Shown one piece after another: positions 1-9,713 of a stretch of DNA of 34,671 bases (the stretch's first letter is position 1; the number at the start of each line of letters is the position of its first letter). This DNA is from Malassezia furfur (Eukaryota). The notes below the pieces were generated by a model. That model was given only the letters and a program-made list of their open reading frames with translations. It searched no databases and was not told the DNA's origin. The translations under genes and the position numbers were made by a program. The stretch lies in the NCBI GenBank assembly GCA_052055015.1, contig JBQJIT010000076.1; one strand, 5' to 3'.

Positions 1-1
1 G

Positions 2-160
2 GGGGGGGGCGGGGGGGGGCGCGGCGGTGCACGCGACTCCGGTTGGGGTGGTCGCGGCGGTGCTCGTGGCGGCCGCGGCGGTGGGCGTTCTGCCTCTACT
101 GGTAGCGCACGGACCGGTGCCATCACACAATCGACTGGCAAGAAGATGACGTTCGATTAG
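2..160 (+). CDS. NSR1: C-terminal fragment of nucleolin-like protein Nsr1/Gar2 (5' truncated by window start)
   Basis: Frame 2 reads GGGGGGRGGARDSGWGGRGGARGGRGGGRSASTGSARTGAITQSTGKKMTFD* (TAG 158-160). An RGG/GAR box followed by a GKKxTFD terminus is typical of fungal Nsr1/Gar2 and nucleolin. Not in the ORF track because the start is missing. Confidence 0.85.
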   Translation, partial: GGGGGGRGGARDSGWGGRGGARGGRGGGRSASTGSARTGAITQSTGKKMTFD

Positions 161-384
161 GTCATTTCTTCCAAAAAAAAAAGCGTCAACCCATATGGAT
201 TAGCGCTACCATAGCGCGTCGGTAGCCTCCGACAGTCTCGATGTACGATGTGAAAGCCAATGATGGATTAGTAACTAAAAAAACCATAAAAGGACGTTTG
301 CATTAAATTGGCTATTTACTGGAGCGGTCACCCGGACCACAGGTGTTGGAGTGATGGTGGGTATATGAATTGCGCCGGGATGAA

Positions 385-1626
385 TTACTCGTCGAGGAGC
401 CAATCATTCGGCGAGAAGAGCTCAAAGTAGACACGCTCGTCAGGCACCTTCATATCCTTCAACTGCTTGCGCATGCGCTGCAAGAACTCATTACCGCCAC
501 ACAGGTAAATTTCAGCATCGGCTGGCAACTGGACCGTACTGAGGTCAAGGTAGCCTTGCAAGACATTCGGACCAGCTTGGCCTTCAGAGTGCCATGTCTT
601 TGCTTCGCCGGAAGGCATCTTTGACACCAGGTTCGTGCGCTCGTCAAAGAAGGCATCTGTCGACGCATTCTGGTCGGCGTGCAGGCTCAAAGTAGGGCGC
701 GACGAGTTCGACGCAGCCAGAGAGGACAGGATACCGAGCATGGGAGTAATGCCAATCCCCCTCGAGACAAGGACCACGGGCCTCTGCGACTTTTCGTTCA
801 GCACCAAGTCACCAAACGGCAGCGTAATTTCCAAGTCATCGCCCTTCTGGATGTTGTTGATGAGCCAGTTGGACACTTCACCAGCTGGCGCATCCTTGGT
901 GGCCTCCACACTCTTGACAGCAATGGTCAGGCGACCCGGGTTGATCCCCGCATCAACCAGACTGTACTGGCGCAGCTGACGCGCGCCATCAGGGAGCTTG
1001 GCACCAACCGAGATGTATTGACCTGGTTGGTGTGCAGGAAGCGGCTTGTTGGCATCTTTGCTCTCGACCGTGAACTCGACGATGCCACCGCTCAAATCCT
1101 TGCGTTCCACGACCTGGGTGTTAACAAACACCTCGCCGGGTTTCACGCCGGCCTTCTCGTAGAGCTCAGCCTCAAATTTGATCAGCAGGTTGGCCATAAT
1201 CCAGTACACATTCTCCCAAGCCTCTGCAACAGGGGGAGTCACGACATCAGCACCAAGAATCGCAACGATGGCGCCAAACAAGTAGTCATGCACAATTTGA
1301 TATTGGTCGCGGGTAATACCAAGCGACACGTGCTTGTGGCCAATGCGACCAAGAAGACGTTCGGGTGTCTCTGCGCCAGGGGTCACTAGCATGGTAGCGA
1401 AAGTGGCCACTGATGCAGCAAGTGCACGCTGCTGCGCACCCTGCTTCTGGTTGCCACGATTAAACAGGTTGCGAATCAATTCGGGATGACCTTCAAACAT
1501 CGACGCGTAGAATTGTTTCGCAATCTTGTCAATGTTAGCACCCACCAACGGGAGCGTAGCACGAATGACTTCGGCATGCTCGGGGGTTAGCTCGGAGCGA
1601 TAGTGTTCGACGTTGGCAAAGCTCAT
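385..1626 (-). CDS. YHB1: Flavohemoglobin / nitric oxide dioxygenase, actinobacterial-type, intronless, 413 aa
   Basis: Globin domain (FYASMFEGHPEL, FNRGNQ, RIGHKHVSLGI), FAD-binding region (PGQYISV, RQYSL, GEVSNWL), NAD-binding region (GIGITPM, IYLCGG) and C-terminal FELFSPNDWL. First ATG at 1626; the track start at 1632 is a TTG. The paralog class (YHB1 vs YHB101) cannot be decided by eye. Confidence 0.95.
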   Translation of the reverse strand: MSFANVEHYRSELTPEHAEVIRATLPLVGANIDKIAKQFYASMFEGHPELIRNLFNRGNQKQGAQQRALAASVATFATMLVTPGAETPERLLGRIGHKHVSLGITRDQYQIVHDYLFGAIVAILGADVVTPPVAEAWENVYWIMANLLIKFEAELYEKAGVKPGEVFVNTQVVERKDLSGGIVEFTVESKDANKPLPAHQPGQYISVGAKLPDGARQLRQYSLVDAGINPGRLTIAVKSVEATKDAPAGEVSNWLINNIQKGDDLEITLPFGDLVLNEKSQRPVVLVSRGIGITPMLGILSSLAASNSSRPTLSLHADQNASTDAFFDERTNLVSKMPSGEAKTWHSEGQAGPNVLQGYLDLSTVQLPADAEIYLCGGNEFLQRMRKQLKDMKVPDERVYFELFSPNDWLLDE

Positions 1627-2433
1627 GGTCAATAGTACTATTGCGACAAGAGGTACACTTCTCTCTTCTTATAGGTGCAGTTTGTGCGAGTGGGCGTTCC
1701 CGGCATCGGTGTTTTTCGGCTGGCAAAGCGAAGAACAGCTCGCACGGACCTTGGCACGCCCCTGGAAATCTGCCCAGATGTCCATCTTTCCGTAGAAACC
1801 CGACCAATGAATGTTCTAGTTTTACAAATCCATGAATCTACGACACCACCTGAATGCCAACCAATCATTCCTCATTCTGACCGAGCGGGGCGGCACGTTT
1901 GTGCTCCGATCCCGATCAAGTAACGGACCTAAGCGGTTTTTATGGGGACGACCCTGATTGCGCTTGTTTGGGCACTTCGATCCAGGTCACATGTGCCAAG
2001 TCACGGGTGGCAGGATGACTGGCCGGCGTGACGATCGTGTCGCGTGCCGCACTGGACGCGACCCAGGCACAGCACCCCAGTCTTCCACAGATAAGGGCCG
2101 CGACGCGTTACCAGGGGTGAAGGAAGGGCGACACGGGGATTGGATCTCGAGGAATGCAATCAGACAAGGCCCATTCTGTAGCTCAGCAACAGTGAAGTTC
2201 CCGACTGGCATGCATATTGCACGTGCATCATGCATATGATGAAACACAATGTAATAGACAATAACACAGTGATTATTCAAAAGTGTGTTTGTGTTGCGGG
2301 GCAGAATTAGGGCGCGTATGCGTGCCAAAAGCCACTCAAGCAACACAATGCAGGCAGAACTGCCGAGGGGCGCTTTCTGTGCTTTTCCGGGTACGTGGTG
2401 TCAATTGGCATTTGCACCGCCGGTCAGGGCAGG

Positions 2434-2439
2434 TATATA
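2434..2439 (+). promoter_or_regulatory. Putative TATA element of the GH128 gene
   Basis: GGTATATAG about 95 bp upstream of ATG 2532, followed by a pyrimidine-rich leader. Confidence 0.45.
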
Positions 2440-2531
2440 GTTACGGACGCGTATTTTCGTTACTCTCAACCCTTCATTCGTCACCACCTCACAAGGCGCT
2501 GGTCGTCTTTCCCGCTATTGCTCTAATTACG

Positions 2532-3419
2532 ATGAAGTTCCTTTCGACTGTTACTGCCGTTACTTCGGCTCTCGCGATCATTTGCGCTGACTCGGCTTCG
2601 GCCAAGTTCGGTTTCGGTATCCCTTGGGGTGCCGACAACCGCTGGGCTAAGAACATCCCCGATGGTGTTATTAGCTGGTACCACCACTGGCAGTTGGGCT
2701 ACGTGGCTGAGATGCCCAAGGACGTTGAATACGTCCCTACTTTCTGGGGTCCGCAGAAGTGGCTGGACTGGGAGTTCCGCAAGGCGGAGATTTCCAAGCA
2801 CAACTCGAGCCACATTCTCGCTTTCAACGAGCCTGACGTGGCCTCGCAGGCCAACCTCGACCCGAAGACCGCTGCTCACCTTTGGATGAAGGAACTCCAG
2901 CCGTACGCGCTGAAGGGCAAGAACGTTAGCTCGCCTCAGATGGTGTACAACATGGACTGGCTCGAAGAGTTCATGGACGAGTGCAGCGAGTGCAAGATCA
3001 GTTTCATGGCCCTTCACTGGTACGGTTCGTACAAGGACATGGACAAGTTCAAGGCATGGGTTCAGAACGTTCACAACAAGTTCAAGCTCCCCGTTTGGGT
3101 TACCGAGTTCGGTATCACCTCGGCCTCGAACCCCTCGCAGGAGCAGGTGAATAACTTTGCGTCTGAGGCCATTCAGTGGCTCGAGGGTCAGGACTACGTT
3201 GAGCGTGCTGCCTGGAACGGTGGCTACGACATCTCTAACCCTCCCGACGACTACGCGACTCCTCTCAACGCGCTGTTCTCGAACGGTGGCCAATTCCGCT
3301 CGCTCGCCAACGTCTGGCTGCCCCAACTCTCGATCAAGCTTGCTCAGCGGAACCACCAGCGCCGTGGTCACTCGCTTCACATGGTGAAGCGTGCCCGTGC
3401 TGAGGAGCGCTCGGCTTAA
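2532..3419 (+). CDS. Secreted glycoside hydrolase family 128 (Asl1-like beta-1,3-glucanase), 295 aa
   Basis: Signal peptide MKFLSTVTAVTSALAIICADSASA. GH128 motifs SWYHHW, YVPTFWG, AFNEPD (acid/base Glu), ALHWY, PVWVTEFG (nucleophile Glu), YVERAAW. Strong C/G-ending codon bias. The upstream extension to 2283 in the track is not credible. Confidence 0.9.
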   Translation: MKFLSTVTAVTSALAIICADSASAKFGFGIPWGADNRWAKNIPDGVISWYHHWQLGYVAEMPKDVEYVPTFWGPQKWLDWEFRKAEISKHNSSHILAFNEPDVASQANLDPKTAAHLWMKELQPYALKGKNVSSPQMVYNMDWLEEFMDECSECKISFMALHWYGSYKDMDKFKAWVQNVHNKFKLPVWVTEFGITSASNPSQEQVNNFASEAIQWLEGQDYVERAAWNGGYDISNPPDDYATPLNALFSNGGQFRSLANVWLPQLSIKLAQRNHQRRGHSLHMVKRARAEERSA

Positions 3420-3851
3420 AGAAGCAGCGCAATGACCTTTTTGCGCTTGCTCCTGGCGAGAAGCCCTAGGTCTGCATTCCGTTGCCGATGAAGAATAAGA
3501 CGGGTAACACTTGCCATACGCAGCATTCGACATATTTGCTGTCAGAGTATCGAGCGAGAACCCAAGTTGCTCCCTTGCGCGAAGTAACAACTGAGTTGTC
3601 TCTTTTGGGCAAAGGGACCTTTTCTACCTTATCTACTCTGCGCGTGAGTCTGATCCTGGACGAAAAACTTTTCTTGTGCCGTTCGTAGGATTTTCCTTCC
3701 TGTTTCATTTTCTTTCATATGAATTAGTAGGCCTTTTATTCATATACGACCTTTTCTATGATCAGGATCTCTGCGATGGAGAGCTAAGCCTAAATACGTG
3801 CAACCGGAAAGTGTTAAAAATTGTTAGGCCAAGAACTGGATCTAAAATTCT

Positions 3852-3862
3852 AAAAAAAAAAA
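3852..3862 (-). terminator. RNA polymerase III oligo(T) terminator of the tRNA
   Basis: Run of 11 A on + (T on -) directly 3' of the tRNA discriminator base. Confidence 0.85.
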
Positions 3863-3964
3863 CTCCCAACGTGGGGCTCGAACCCACGACATTCAGATTA
3901 ACTCTTCGCAACCGAAGAGACTCTTATTAAGAGTCTGACGCTCTACCGACTGAGCTAGCCGGGA
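3863..3964 (-). tRNA. tRNA-Lys(CTT) with a 29-nt intron (3899-3927) at the canonical 37/38 position
   Basis: Minus strand: TCCCGGC TA GCTC AGTCGGTA GAGC G TCAGA CT-CTT-A [intron] A TCTGA ATGTC GTGGG TTCGAGC CCCAC GTTGGGA G. All four stems pair and the mature length is 73 nt. Confidence 0.96.
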
Positions 3965-4022
3965 TATGCTCTTAATAGAAATTTGATGCTAGGCGTATAT
4001 GAAGGCAAGTACTTGACTCGCG

Positions 4023-4090
4023 ACGCGTGGAGTACTCAACGCGCTGCTCGCGTTCTTCTTTTGTACCACGCGTCCCGCTTGGTCGACGCG
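4023..4090. promoter_or_regulatory. Cluster of MCB (ACGCG/ACGCGT) elements upstream of CTF4
   Basis: ACGCGT at 4023 and 4068, ACGCG at 4039 and 4086, CGCGT at 4049, all within 70 bp of ATG 4093. Confidence 0.7.
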
Positions 4091-4092
4091 CG

Positions 4093-7000
4093 ATGGCTTC
4101 GCTAGAAAGCGATGATCTGCGTGTGCAAGTAACGCATACGAGTGGGTCAACACGTGTTCTCTATTTGCCTATCGGTGCACCTGTCGAGTACGCATGCCTT
4201 TGATCTAACCCCTAGACGCCTTGTCACCGCCGGTGAGGACCATCTCGTCCGCGTTCTCCCCACTGAAGCCACTGCTTCTGATGTGAATCCTATCGTAATT
4301 GAGGATGCCACACGTCCAATGACCTGTATTGATGCCGATGCAGAGTATCTCGTGACGGCCTCCGAAGATGGGTCGGTGCGGCTGTACAAGCATGGATCTG
4401 CTGAGCTAGTCCAAATCATTCGGCGCGAAGTACTCCCTGTGCGTTGTGTTGCAATTGAGAGCGCTAGTCGCCATGGAGCACTCCCACGTACTGCGGTATG
4501 CTCGGACGAACTCATTGTTCGTGTCGTCAACGCAGCGGACCCTCGCAGTATCGTGCTGCTTACCGGTCATTCTCGCGGTGTCCGAGCCGCCAGCTGGAGT
4601 CCGGCTCTGCCGCTTTTGCTTACTTCTGGGTCGGACGGGGATGTACGCGCATGGGATATGTCAGACACTGAGCCTCGGTGTGTCAAAGTCCTACAGAATA
4701 TGCTGCCGGCGCTGCGGCCCGAGAGCGAATTTTCTTCCTCCGTGGTTTGGCATCCATCCGGTGCCATTTTCGCCATGCCTCTGCGCACTCAGGAGATTGC
4801 TTTGGTTCGCGCTCCTATCGCAGCTGCCGAGATGAATGGGGAACATGTCTGGGAATCGGTGGTGATATTCGGGAGCGCCAGCAACACGACATCCGCGGAA
4901 CAGAAAGTGCCGAGCGGCCTGGTTTCTGCCCTCGCCTTTTGTCCTAATGGGCGCTACCTTGCTGCGGCCACGGAGGACATGCAGGTGACTGTTTGGGCGC
5001 TCGATTCTCGTCGCGTGCTTCGGGTGCAACAGGCTGAGGCGCTCGTCACTGGGCTCAGCTGGCACCCCACTCAAGACACACTCGCATGGACCGACGCACA
5101 AGGCCAGCTTGTTCGCTGGGAATCGGTGATAGGAGCCACGCTTCCGAGCCCGTTCGAACACCTCCAATTTGCCCATGCCCAAGCGGAACCAGACGCTCCT
5201 GCGGAGGAGCTGGAGGAAGACCTCGGTGACTTATTTGATGACACGCCCATTGATGAACCCGTGAGCCACAAACCGGTGACGCGGAAACGCCTCGCACCTC
5301 GTGCAGATGCTGATGTACTCAACCAGCCCAGCTTCCAGCCGGGGTCTACTCCGATGGAGGCCCAGCGACGATACCTGAGTGTCTCCACGTTGGGCACTTT
5401 GACGGCGGTCGACCAGGACACGCACCAGACGATATCTTTTGAGTCGTATGACACTTCACAGCGGCGCAATTTCCGGTTCACGGACCACTATGGATACAAG
5501 ATGGCCAGTATGGCACCGCAGGGAATTCTGTTTGCATGCGAGGCGGAGTCGGAAAACCCCAGCACCATCTTTTATCGTCCATTTGAAGACGTTCCGGGTA
5601 TCCAGACGGAATGGTCCATCAATTTGGCACCGAATGAGAATGCTGTGGCAATCACGCTGGGCGGTATCGTCAACGCAGGCTCATATGCGGATGTACATGT
5701 TGGCTCGACCAACATGGTCGACGAAGGCAAGACTTCCGCAGCCACTGCGGTCGTGGCCACGTCACAAGGTTACTTGAGGTTCTTTGGAATGAGTGGGATG
5801 CAGCGCTACGTTTGGTCGCTGGGTCTTCCGGTCGTTACGCTAGCAGCCAGTCCCTCTGCTGTCTTTGTGGTCTACCGCACTGCGAATGTGTCCCCCAATC
5901 ACGTCCATCTTGGGTACCTGCTGATCGATCTCACGCAACTTGCGACGCTTCAGCAAGGGCCGCTTCCCCTGGTTCCCGACGCGACCTTGACCTGGGCTGG
6001 CTTCAATGAGTTGGGTGCACCTGCGGTTTTTGATTCAATGGGTACGTTGTTTGTACTGGACCGCGCTTGGCGTCCTGGCCAAGCACGTTGGGTGCCAGCG
6101 CTGGATACCTCCCATGCACTGCTTCCGACACGAGCTGGGGCCGCAGAGGAGAGTGAGACGCGAGCTCCTCGGGTGCGTTGTTGGCCTATCAGTGTCACAG
6201 CAACGCACTTGCTGGGTCTGTTGCTTCCTATGTCGAGAACATATCCTCAAGTGACCACCGCACGACCGGTTGTCCAGGAACTGGCTATGTCGATATGCGT
6301 TACCCAGCGGGAAAACGCAGCTACACCTTTGGAAGAAGCAGCTCTGCGCTCATCTCTGCTTGCAAATGCGACGCGGGATGCTCGTGCTGCGACTGGCGAC
6401 GAGACACTTCGCGCATCCCGTTTGCCAATGGAGCAGAGCGATCCGAACGCACTCGAGATTGAAGCTGATAAAGCCCTATTACAGCTCGTTCAGCTTGCTT
6501 GCAAAGCCGATCGGTATGCCCGAGCATTGGACGGAACACGTGCGTTGCATTCTGAGACTACCTTGGATGCTGCGCTGAAGATCGCGTCCTTCTTCCATTT
6601 ACCGAGCTTGGCGGACCGCCTAGAGTTGGTCCGTGCACCTTTAGCGGTTCGCAAGGAGCTTGAGGAAGAAACCACAGACCGTGCTTGCGGTGTGGATGCA
6701 TTACTTCGTAACACGGCGCGACTCCCCGTGCCTGTCGCAGAGCAAATGATAAGCACAACGACAACTGTTCCGTCGTCTCAGCGACTCCAAGAAAACTTCT
6801 TGCCCCGACGTCCCAGCGAAACGCATGGGCGTTCTGCGCTTGCACAAGAAGGTCTTGCACAAAAGCAAGCCATGGACTCTTCTCAAACCGCCCCCTCGAG
6901 CGGCACCATTTCTACACAGACGCCTCCTCCCACTAACGACTCGTTACCTACGCCAGCGCCGCCGACTCGTATCAACCCGTTTGCACGAACTCAGACGGTG

Positions 7001-7213
7001 GCCAAGGAACGCCAGCTGCACAAGAATCCAGCGGCTTTCGACCGCAACGACGTGCCGCAAAAACGCAAGGCTACCGAAGCCGAGGCTAATTCAAGCGACA
7101 AACGAGCTTCTGGCAAACAGGCCACGCTTGCCAAGTTTGCGTACACGCCTTCTTCGAATGCCTCTGCCGAAGACTTTGCAATGCCTTCGTCGGACGATGA
7201 AACCGAGTCATAG
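4093..7213 (+). CDS. CTF4: Replisome hub Ctf4/Mcl1/AND-1 (WD40 + SepB domain), about 1030 aa; exons 4093-4187, 4216-7213
   Basis: N-terminal WD40 repeats and SepB motifs QPSFQPGSTP, RRYL, FTDHYGYKMASM, DKALLQL. A 28-nt intron (gtacgc..ctaac..tag) joins MASLES..HTSGSTRVLY in frame to the long ORF. Confidence 0.9.
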
Positions 7214-8437
7214 CTAGAGGTTCTGTTTTGCGAATTGAGCTACAACGTGCACAAAGGTCTCTGCCTGTGCAACAGTGATGGCGTTGTAGAGAGAGACACG
7301 CAAGCCACCGACCGAGCGATGGCCCTTGACGTTGAGAATGTGCTTCTCACCACAGAATTTGGCGAACTTGGCCTCCAGGTCTGGCGATGGCTCCTGCGAG
7401 ACAGGGTCCAAGATGCGGAAGGTGACGTTCATTTGGCTGCGGAACTCTTCGTGCTGAACCACCAGGCGGAACAGCTTCGGTTCTGCCAGCAGTGCATCAT
7501 ACACCAGCTTGCTGCGCTTTGCTGCACGCTGCTGTGCACCGTCGACACCACCTTCCTTGAGCAGGTCGCGGAAGACCAACGCAGAAATGTAAATGGGGAA
7601 CATGGGGGGCGTGTTGTAGAGCGACCCGTTGTCCATCGCGTTCTTGTACACTAGCGAAGTTGGAATCACTGGGGTGTAACTTGCACGCACTGCATCCGGA
7701 TCCACAACCAGTTCGCGCCGCACAATCACGACCGCTAGCCCGCTAGGGCCAATGTTCTTCTGCACACCAAAGTAGATGGCGCCATGCGCACGGACATCAA
7801 TTGGGCGACTCAGAATGTTGGACGAGCAATCCGCCACAATGGGAACACGCTCGCAGTAAGCTTGCGGCAGGCGTTTGATGAAGTCCGAGGGGAATTCGAA
7901 TCCGCCGATCGTCTCGTTGTCACAGTAATGGAGCATGGCAGGCGCTTCTTCCACGGGGCTCAGCGACCATTCTTCTGGGGGCGTGATCGGTGAATCCTTG
8001 TTGGTGATCGAAGCACGCAGATCGGCTACCACATTCACACGGGGCGCCAGGCGCTGAGCTTCCTTGCATGCCTTGTTAGACCAGGCGCCGCTGACGACGT
8101 AGTCGACTGGCGGAGTCCCATGGTGGGATGGATTCCGGGCGGCATGCGCAGCCAGCATGTTGAGCACAGTCGCAGAGAACTGCTCCGTTCCGCCGCCCTG
8201 CAAAAAGAGTACCGCATACTCTTCGGGCACATCCAACAGTTTGCGAAGATCGTTCTCGGCCTCTTGCAGCAGCTTCTGGAAGTTCGGCGAGCGATGGCTC
8301 AGCTCGGTGAGACCCATGCCAAGGTTCTCATAATCCAGCAGGCCTTGTGCTGCCTCAAGCAACACCGGAGTTGGTAGTGTCGAGGGCCCCGCCCCCAAGT
8401 TGATTGTCTGCTCGCGCGCAGCCGTGGACCTAGTCAT
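7214..8437 (-). CDS. SER1: Phosphoserine aminotransferase, 407 aa
   Basis: INLGAGPSTLP, ELSHRS, FLQGGGTEQF, YCDNETIGG, VADCSSNILSR, GVQKNIGPSG (PLP Lys), YNTPP, KGHRSVGGLRVSLYNA. Confidence 0.96.
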   Translation of the reverse strand: MTRSTAAREQTINLGAGPSTLPTPVLLEAAQGLLDYENLGMGLTELSHRSPNFQKLLQEAENDLRKLLDVPEEYAVLFLQGGGTEQFSATVLNMLAAHAARNPSHHGTPPVDYVVSGAWSNKACKEAQRLAPRVNVVADLRASITNKDSPITPPEEWSLSPVEEAPAMLHYCDNETIGGFEFPSDFIKRLPQAYCERVPIVADCSSNILSRPIDVRAHGAIYFGVQKNIGPSGLAVVIVRRELVVDPDAVRASYTPVIPTSLVYKNAMDNGSLYNTPPMFPIYISALVFRDLLKEGGVDGAQQRAAKRSKLVYDALLAEPKLFRLVVQHEEFRSQMNVTFRILDPVSQEPSPDLEAKFAKFCGEKHILNVKGHRSVGGLRVSLYNAITVAQAETFVHVVAQFAKQNL

Positions 8438-8455
8438 TGCTAGCGGAGAAGCGGT

Positions 8456-8466
8456 GCTGACTCAGC
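8456..8466. promoter_or_regulatory. AP-1/Gcn4-type site GCTGACTCAGC in the 48-bp SER1/TFG2 divergent gap
   Basis: Perfect TGACTCA core at 8458-8464, about 20 bp from the SER1 ATG. Confidence 0.55.
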
Positions 8467-8485
8467 GTGCGCGTTGGTCACCGTC

Positions 8486-9700
8486 ATGCCCCATTCGGAC
8501 GCGGAGGACACGACGCCCGAGCCGGTGCCCGAGCCCAGCACTTCGGCGCTGCGCAACGCCCGCCCGGATCGAGAGTTATCCCCAGAGCCTGACCAAGACT
8601 TGAATACGGCGCGGGGCGCTCATCAGGTTTGGCTGGTCAAAGTCCCCAAATTTCTCATTGACGGTTGGAGTCAGGTACACCAAGACGACGTGCGACTTGG
8701 AACCGTTCGGGTATACGAGTACGTTGGTCGGCTAACCCAGTCCCGATCAGAATGGAAATCAGCGCATGGAGCTGCTGCTCCCGGATGCACCGGAGCCAGC
8801 CATCCCGGTCACCGATCCTTCGGAGCGGGCTCAGTTTGCCAACATACCACGCACGTATGACATGCGGCTCACGTCGAGCACGCAGGATACCTACTTGAAA
8901 AACCTTTATGCATTCCAAGAACAACTACTGGATGATGAAGATTCCATTGATGCTGGCAACGACGACGACATTGACGAAATGAGTGCAACCGACTTTTATC
9001 GGAAGCGCAATTTGGGGGCGGGGCCCGCACGCATTCCAAACAAGAAGAAACGTACGCAGTTTCGACTGACACAGGCGTTACCGCACTGACGGGTACAGTC
9101 ACCAACGAAACCGCCCTCAAGCCGCAGCACACCGTGGCGGAAGACAGGAAGACCGACACCAAGAAGCCCATGGCCTTGGGGTCGCGCTCGTTGATCACTC
9201 CCGAGTACCGCGAGATTCTGCGCAACCGACACAAAAACTCTACTACACCCAAGCGTACCGTGAAAATGATGGAGGAGACAGATGCGGGCGTGAACAACAT
9301 GCTTGCTGCCGGTGTGGGCAAAGGCCACGTCAAGTCGCGTGCCGCGAACCTTGTGTATCAGGCGTCGCAGGCACGGTCGAACCAACCACCAGAGAAGTTT
9401 GCTCGTATGCCGCGCAACGAGCTGCTCGATCTTCTGTTCTCGCTCTTCGATCGATACAAGCACTGGTCGCTCAAGCGCCTTCGCGAGGAGACGCAGCAGC
9501 CCTATGCTTATCTCCGCGAGGTACTGCTTTCCATTGCGAACCAGCACCACAATGGACCCTATGCGGGCTCATGGAGCCTGAAGCAAGAATTTGCTGATGC
9601 ACGGCGCGATTCCGGCTCCTCGCAGGCCGCTGGGCCAAGCATTAACCCACCGGAACCTGCCAAAGACGAGCCGGACGCGGAGGAGATGGACGACGTTTAG
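8486..9700 (+). CDS. TFG2: TFIIF beta subunit (RAP30), 389 aa; exons 8486-8718, 8741-9051, 9075-9700
   Basis: VWLVKVPKFL N-terminal motif and winged helix ARMPRNELLDLLFSLF..WSLKRLREETQQP.AYLREVL. Introns of 22 and 23 nt join three track ORFs in frame. Confidence 0.92.
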
Positions 9701-9713
9701 CTATTTACATATG

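Noticed and set aside
1..20. G9C-G9C run at the window start as a telomere or G-quadruplex element
   Set aside because: It lies in frame within the Gly/RGG box of Nsr1 and at a probable contig edge, where poly-G miscalls are common. There is no telomeric repeat unit.
2236..2370. ATGATGA as the C box of a box C/D snoRNA
   Set aside because: No suitably placed CTGA D box, terminal stem or recognisable rRNA guide.
2523..3590. 355-aa antisense ORF over GH128 (also 679-1389, 13836-14669, 18566-19423, 27472-28146, 28747-29802)
   Set aside because: Mirror ORFs caused by strong codon bias of the real genes on the opposite strand. No recognisable domains.
3600..3862. AT-rich stretch as a possible centromere core
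   Set aside because: About 38% GC by hand count (69/180 over 3661-3840) and short. It is better explained as 3' UTR/terminator DNA between GH128 and the tRNA.
7211..7220. TAG-CTA readthrough context on CTF4 and SER1 (also TFG2) as a source of cryptic PTS1
   Set aside because: For CTF4/SER1 the context is a by-product of the abutting stops. The stops are TAG rather than TGA-CTA, SER1 readthrough adds only two residues, and I saw no PTS1-like ending in the extensions I read.
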